A stretch of DNA of 62,762 nt, filler included, from Sphaeroforma arctica JP610 (taxonomy: Eukaryota), in assembly GCF_001186125.1 (NCBI RefSeq). It is 6 parts of 3 records of this genome, joined end to end, with 100 filler letters (N's around TTAATTAATTAA, not from the genome) between each part and the next. Parts side by side here need not be neighbours in the genome. Positions count along the whole stretch, not along the records: positions 51,422 to 60,621 come from NW_014040519.1; positions 60,722 to 62,762 come from NW_014040517.1; 4 more parts are not named here. One strand, 5' to 3'. Below the pieces are notes generated by a model, which ran no database searches, was not told the origin of the DNA, and worked only from the letters and a program-made list of their open reading frames with translations. The stretch's first letter is position 1; every line of letters starts with the position of its first letter. The position numbers were made by a program, and so were the translations under genes. Shown here piece by piece: positions 56,905 to 62,762 of this stretch.

Positions 56905-57233
56905 GTGTGTGCATGTATATATGGATGGATGATATTGACCGGCTGTCATACATCGATTTGTGTTACTAAATATACAGAGATTGACACACCGAGTACCGCT
57001 CGTTATATAAGATACTATACAAAACATTTGTTACGATTTCTGATCTTAAAAACGAGATGCTATAACCAATAGTACCATATGAGTGCTCAATCTGTATATT
57101 AGCTCCCACAACCGGTGGATGTCATATAGAGTGTGTGTATATATACATACGCGCATGTATATCTTTCTGTAAGAATGCTCCAGCTTTATATTCGCACCCA
57201 CAACCGGTGCGATTTATACCTAAATATATATAA

Positions 57234-57264
<31 letters not shown>

Positions 57265-57585
57265 TATTCACATACATACGTATCTAGTTCCTATCACTCA
57301 TGGTCGGGTGCGCTTCCGCTCTATCCGCTTACATAACAGAGGGAGACAATTTGAGTGATGTGGATATGGAGGAAACCGTTGCCCTTCCTATTCGAGTGGA
57401 GACTTTTCCCGCCAATTTTAACCGACAGCCAAGCACATCATACCAAGATGGCAGAGCTACAGAGGTGCCTGAGAACGACACCTGCAATCTGGCAGAGGAG
57501 ATGGAATTAACCAAGTGCTTGCCGTCACTACTACCACAACGTATGTAGTTATACGTGCATGCATATATACATTTATATATATTAT

Positions 57586-57616
<31 letters not shown>

Positions 57617-59117
57617 GAGTAGATATATACATATATATATTATATATATATATATATTATATATAAATATATATATATATGAATATGTATGTGTTTGTTT
57701 GTGTGTTTGTGTTTGTGTTTGTGAATGTGCATGTATACATGTATATCCTAAAGGTGTGCGGGCTGTTTGGTGACCCATTGCTGTGAGGAGTAAGTGCTAT
57801 TCATGAGCCATCTTGACTCAGGAAACAACTTACTAGTACTGTGCTGGCTGCTTTTATCTTCTTATTTAAGTATCTCGTTATTCGTACAACTGCTATGGAT
57901 CTGCGACTCTTATTCCCATTCATTGGTCGGCTATTGCTTGTACTGCTTGTACAGTTTCTAAAGTGGTAGTAGAAATTAGCTTTGGCCACAAATTGAAGTC
58001 TCGGGGTTCACTTGTATTAAAGCTGTACAATATTGAGTATTGTCCGCTTGTTATTAGGACACATAAGCTAAAGTACATACGTATATGTCAATGCATACTC
58101 AATTCATATCATGAAAGTACTACTTGAAGCTGTAGACTATTCGGTATTGTCGCTTGCTATTACTATGACTATACTTAAAAAAGCTGTATAGTATTCAAGA
58201 TTGTCCGCTTTTTATTAGGATAAGTACGCAAGTCCGATATTTAGGGCTACCGGTGCACCTGTTGTATCTGACCTGGTGCCTGCTTCGCCACACAGACACA
58301 TCCACCTCAAAACCCAACTTTCCCGAATTCCAACGAGCCCCGATTCCCGCACCGAATTCAGTCAGCCACCAAAACCCCAATGCCAATTCCGGTGCAGATT
58401 ATGCGACCACCACCACAGGCGCAAGCATCCAAAACCCGGTGCAGGACTCGAACGCACCCGCAAGTTCGGTACCGGTCCCGCTTTCGGTCCCGGAATTCAC
58501 CACCGCTCCGACGGCTCGGGCAATGGCAGGTAGCGAAGATCCGTACGACCACCATGTACTGAATGATAGCTTTGAAGAGGACTTTGGGGATGGACGGGCG
58601 GACGCAACTGTGCGGATGGATATGACGGAGTTGGTAGGTAGGGGTATACTGCAGGCAAATGGGTTGCTAGCCAATGAGATTGCAGAGAATAGCAGCTCAC
58701 GGTCCAATGAGAACGGGGCTATGGCGTCGGGAGACCAGCTGACAGCCAATGAAAACACAGAGTTCATGGATTTTACGGAGGTGGTTGGTGGCGTGTTGTC
58801 AGCGTCTGGGGAGACGGGCAGTACCAATGCAAACACCGGTACAAACAGGAATATAAGCACAAAAAAGGTACATGTCGGCCCTAATTTGGGTGAACAGGAC
58901 AGCCATATCGCACCCCGTGGTAGGAATAAAGTGGACGAGAGATCTGTCAACACACAGGTGGATATGGACACTGACACGACAAACACTATGCGCATGGATA
59001 TGACTGAGGCAGTAGGGGGCATTCTGCATGCACTCCCGGCATCAGGAGACCATGCTGACAGGTCGGAACTTCAGCACAAACAGGCCACCGGAGATACAGG
59101 TATGCAATATATAGATA

Positions 59118-59158
<41 letters not shown>

Positions 59159-59172
59159 TACTATATATATTA

Positions 59173-59207
<35 letters not shown>

Positions 59208-59256
59208 TACTATATATATTATTAATATTATTTTATTTTTATTATATATATATATA

Positions 59257-59287
<31 letters not shown>

Positions 59288-59293
59288 TATTAT

Positions 59294-59326
<33 letters not shown>

Positions 59327-60473
59327 TATATTCTTATATATTCTTATATATATATATATATTGGCCCGCGAGTGCACGGATCATAGTTCGATGTATAATA
59401 AGACCGGGCATCCTCGGTTGTTGAACAGCTACACGTCGCCGATATACTCACACGTACATGTCACACATCACTTTGCTTTGCATACCTAAACAGAGCCACA
59501 GTCAACCGACACCGATCGTATGGATATGACCGAAGCGGTGGGCCGTATACTGAATGCCGACGAAGGTACTATAAAGATACCGAACTTCTTTCTCCCGGTA
59601 TTGGTATCAGATGACGTATCGGAATCATCCGGGAGACGTGATACGAGCTCACCACCTGGTAGTAAGCGAAGCTCCCCACGAGCCAATGAGAAGACCAATG
59701 AGAATGCAGAGAATGAGCGCGAGGATGTTGTCGCCAAAAGGCCGCGGCGGGAGAGCGAGCAGTTGGTCAGCACTCTGAACGACCTCAGCGTCCAACCCAG
59801 CGGCAGTGGAGGCGTTGCCATGGTTACGAACCAGCAGTTGGGTCGCCCCGACAATAGCGATAGGAATGGGACTACGAGCTCAAGACCGAGCGAAGTGGCT
59901 CGCACAGATACGCACCCCAACCCAGCCAATGGGACCGAACCGGGGCAGGACACAGATAGGGTGGTGCTGCACACGGATGTGGCCAACACCCACACCCACA
60001 CACCTGCACCTGCGCACTCGGGACAGGACTTGTCCTCGCACCACGGCGACGGCGAGCCCACCGAGGTCACCACACACTCCCACACCCAGAATCTGACCCA
60101 CACGCACACACACAACCTCACCACAGCCAGTACAACGGGCATGCTGGACGTGTCCTCTATCTCCCACAGCCCCACAACCGCCCGGTCACTGAACACCACC
60201 CGCGTGTTGGCGGCGACCCAGGCCGGTCTATTAATAGCACAATCGTCCGTTGCCATGGCGACGGCCGAGCCGCCGATCGAGGCCACCAGCACGGATCAGG
60301 ACCAGAATACACTCGTTGCCATGGCAACGCGGCGCGGGGGCTCGCGCTTGAGTGTGTCACGCGCGCCTACCCCTGTGAAGGATTTGGGACCCCCCCACTG
60401 TGAATCCAATCAGTGTACACGACTTCCTGTCTCTCTCACAGACCCATTTCATGGACAATTTGGTAACTCGAAG
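51548..60473 (+). CDS. KNL1: Kinetochore scaffold KNL1/Spc105/Spc7 homolog, 12 visible exons (~936 aa), 3' end missing at a gap
   Basis: Exons 51548-51585, 51830-51884, 52258-52340, 53122-53169, 53621-53681, 54137-54227, 54789-54839, 55362-55499, 56141-56398, 57340-57540, 58296-59099 and 59494-60473 stay in frame. The N-terminus has SILK and RRVSF PP1-docking motifs. MELT-type repeats follow (MELTK, MDMTE x3, MDFTE) in a disordered region. Confidence 0.88.
54380..54760. repeat. Intronic ~19-26-bp degenerate minisatellite
   Basis: TATAYAAACTAATACTTA recurs. Confidence 0.75.
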
Positions 60474-60532
60474 GTGTGTATGAGTGTATGGCGATACTGG
60501 TAGCGATTGTTTTTTGAGTACGTATATATATT

Positions 60533-60582
<50 letters not shown>

Positions 60583-61053
60583 GTAATTGTAATTGTATAT
60601 GTTATATGTTTATATATATATNNNNNNNNNNNNNNNNNNNNNNNNNNNNNNNNNNNNNNNNNNNNTTAATTAATTAANNNNNNNNNNNNNNNNNNNNNNN
60701 NNNNNNNNNNNNNNNNNNNNNTATACATATTTATAATATATATATCTATATACATCTACATATGTATATATATATATACATATGTATATATATAAACATA
60801 TACATATGTCTATATATGCCGATATATATATATATATATATATCTAAATCTAAATCTAAATCTATATCTACATCTATATACATATATATTTATATACATA
60901 TATATAATTTTACTGAGATCAAATATCTGCAGCCGTATCATTGACATTCTTGTGCTTGTAATGATCGGACAATACAGAATTATTGCCATGCCATTTGCAC
61001 ACTAAGCACTGCTCATGATAACACAATGTGGAGCTATTCTTGATTGCATATAC

Positions 61054-62009
61054 CTGTGTTGTTGATAATGGGTCCAGCACAAGCTAGACAGGCAGCCATG
61101 GGGGTGGTGGAAGAGCTCGACTCCTGCACACATCAAATACAGATGTAGATTTAAGATTAGGCAAGTCGTATATTGTTAACAGAGATTTCAGAATTGGCGA
61201 CAGACATAAACTGAAACTTTGGAAGCCATGTAATGATCAGGTACAACCTATATATTTAGATACCACAGTCAGATTCCTGCAAGGTAGGCCATAAATGGTC
61301 AAACTATGTACTACAAATAGATAGGCCATATACTGGTCAGGTACAACCTATATTTCAGATACCACCGACGCGTGCAGACTAGTCTCTTCGCCTTAATTAG
61401 TGGTCTTGAAATGATGCGTCATCAAGAAGTGCGAATACGAGCTGACTTAAACCCGAATTGTAGCTTAACGCATTCCCAGTACCGAACGGAATAGCATTTA
61501 TACTCGAGAAACACTACCAATCGCGGTATGAATAGGAAACTATAGCGCTCAGTACATACGTAAACCTGCGTCAAGAGACAACAATCAAAAACACAATACT
61601 GAGCATAGAAGCTATGTATATACCTTACTATTGAAACAAAGTCAGTCGTGTACATTAAAGAGGTACAGGTGGGAGAATGTGAGCCATCTGGGATGCACAC
61701 ATGTTTACACGGGGAAAACACACGCCGTTGATACCAGAGAGTATATAAGGTACATCAAATCGAAATCGCGCACCAATGAGCACAAAAAACCTCGTATATA
61801 CATTACTAGTAAGCACTCACCTCGATGAAAAGCTTGACAACAGATACAAAGTCCGTGTGCTTCTCATTCAGATACTTCTTGTCGAACACAAGTGTTCCGG
61901 GGGCTTTTTCAGTGCGTTTGGGCTTATCAGTGAACGAAGTGGGGATTTCCCATAGCGACAGACGGGTGTTTGTGCCCCCACAGTCACCGACAATAATGAG
62001 ATCAGACAT
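61054..62009 (-). CDS. glk: Bacterial-type (Glk family) glucokinase, 5' exons only; the rest is lost at a gap
   Basis: Exon 62009-61821 begins MSDLIIVGDCGGTNTRLSLW, the ASKHA phosphate-1 motif. Exon 61123-61054 reads ESSSSTTPMAACLACAGPIINNT with the Glk AGP motif. Confidence 0.82.
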
Positions 62010-62762
62010 ATTCAGTATAGTGAGTTATCCTTCGAGTGTAATAAGATTGTGCGGATGCTGCTTGTGTTGGTATCTTCTAAATAGGATAGGAACGACTCTC
62101 TCTCTGCCTGTGACTCGGTGTATACAAACCATCACAAAGCACTACACAGATACTACATTTTTTCGAGAAATATCTGCTGGAGGTGTTTACTGTTTACATG
62201 CACACAAATAACTCCGGGTATTTAATCATCGGAGAATGGTCGAGAAATTCCTATTTTTGGATAAAGTCTTCTGCTACCAAAATCAACAAAACTCTGGCAC
62301 CCTTTATCAGGCTCTATCCTGGATCCTCTCTGATGATTAATGATAAAATAGGAACTAATTTGGCTTTTTCTTGTTTTGAACTAATTTAGCGTAAGTAGGT
62401 GGTTATGCACTAATCAGACTATTGTCTATTTTGGTGACTATCTTGTTTTTGAAAAACAAAACACAGTCTGGCAGAAAGGTGATGACGTAAAACGTGTCAG
62501 TGACTTGTCACGTGAAATTTTGAATATCATCCCCTGCCAGGACTAGGCGTCAGGCCGTCCGCCGTGAAACATCGAACAGTAAATAAAGATATATATGCAT
62601 GTATGTATTTAGTCTGACAGAAACCTCTTGCAAAGATTCCAATCATTAATAAGGTACACTTGATCAACACGAGATTGTCAATATGGATGTTCAACGCTTG
62701 AAAGATGCTATAGTAGATTATCCCGATTTCCCACTGGTAAGCTGAGATACATAATTTGACGG

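Noticed and set aside
59102..59386. Poly-Leu/Ile/Tyr hydrophobic tail of ORF 58253-59386 as a transmembrane domain
   Set aside because: It is read-through into an (ATT)n intron after the donor at 59100.
58399..60292. Minus-strand ORFs of 207 and 268 aa
   Set aside because: They are antisense shadows of the large GC-rich KNL1 exons.
62480..62515. TGACGT and GTCACGTG (CRE/E-box-like) motifs upstream of the glucokinase
   Set aside because: Short motifs like these are expected by chance, and no conservation data are available.

Overview
Intron-rich, AT-rich eukaryotic draft scaffold with canonical GT-AG introns, (TA)n/(CA)n microsatellites and N-gaps. Five gaps carry an artificial TTAATTAATTAA spacer. 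The style suggests a unicellular holozoan such as an ichthyosporean, but the taxon is my inference. Manual exon stitching gives, in order: a TPT/SLC35-family transporter (-), a cupin protein (+), an LDAH-family serine hydrolase (-), a fragmentary possible ATP-grasp gene (-), a 17-exon urocanate hydratase/histidine ammonia-lyase fusion (-), a membrane-anchored Zn-free MsrB-like protein (-), an intronless 153-aa orphan (-), a Ty3/Gypsy remnant (integrase, PPT, LTR), a KNL1/Spc105 kinetochore scaffold (+) and the 5' part of a bacterial-type glucokinase (-). The headline finding is the fusion gene: about 1144 aa joining a proteobacterial-type HutU to a HutH through a 35-aa linker inside a single exon, in the same order as bacterial hutUH operons. 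It is best read as a horizontally acquired operon segment turned into one intron-containing bifunctional enzyme. Several tandem repeats are anchored on splice sites, including a 24-bp array of frame-preserving GTGAGT donor sites.
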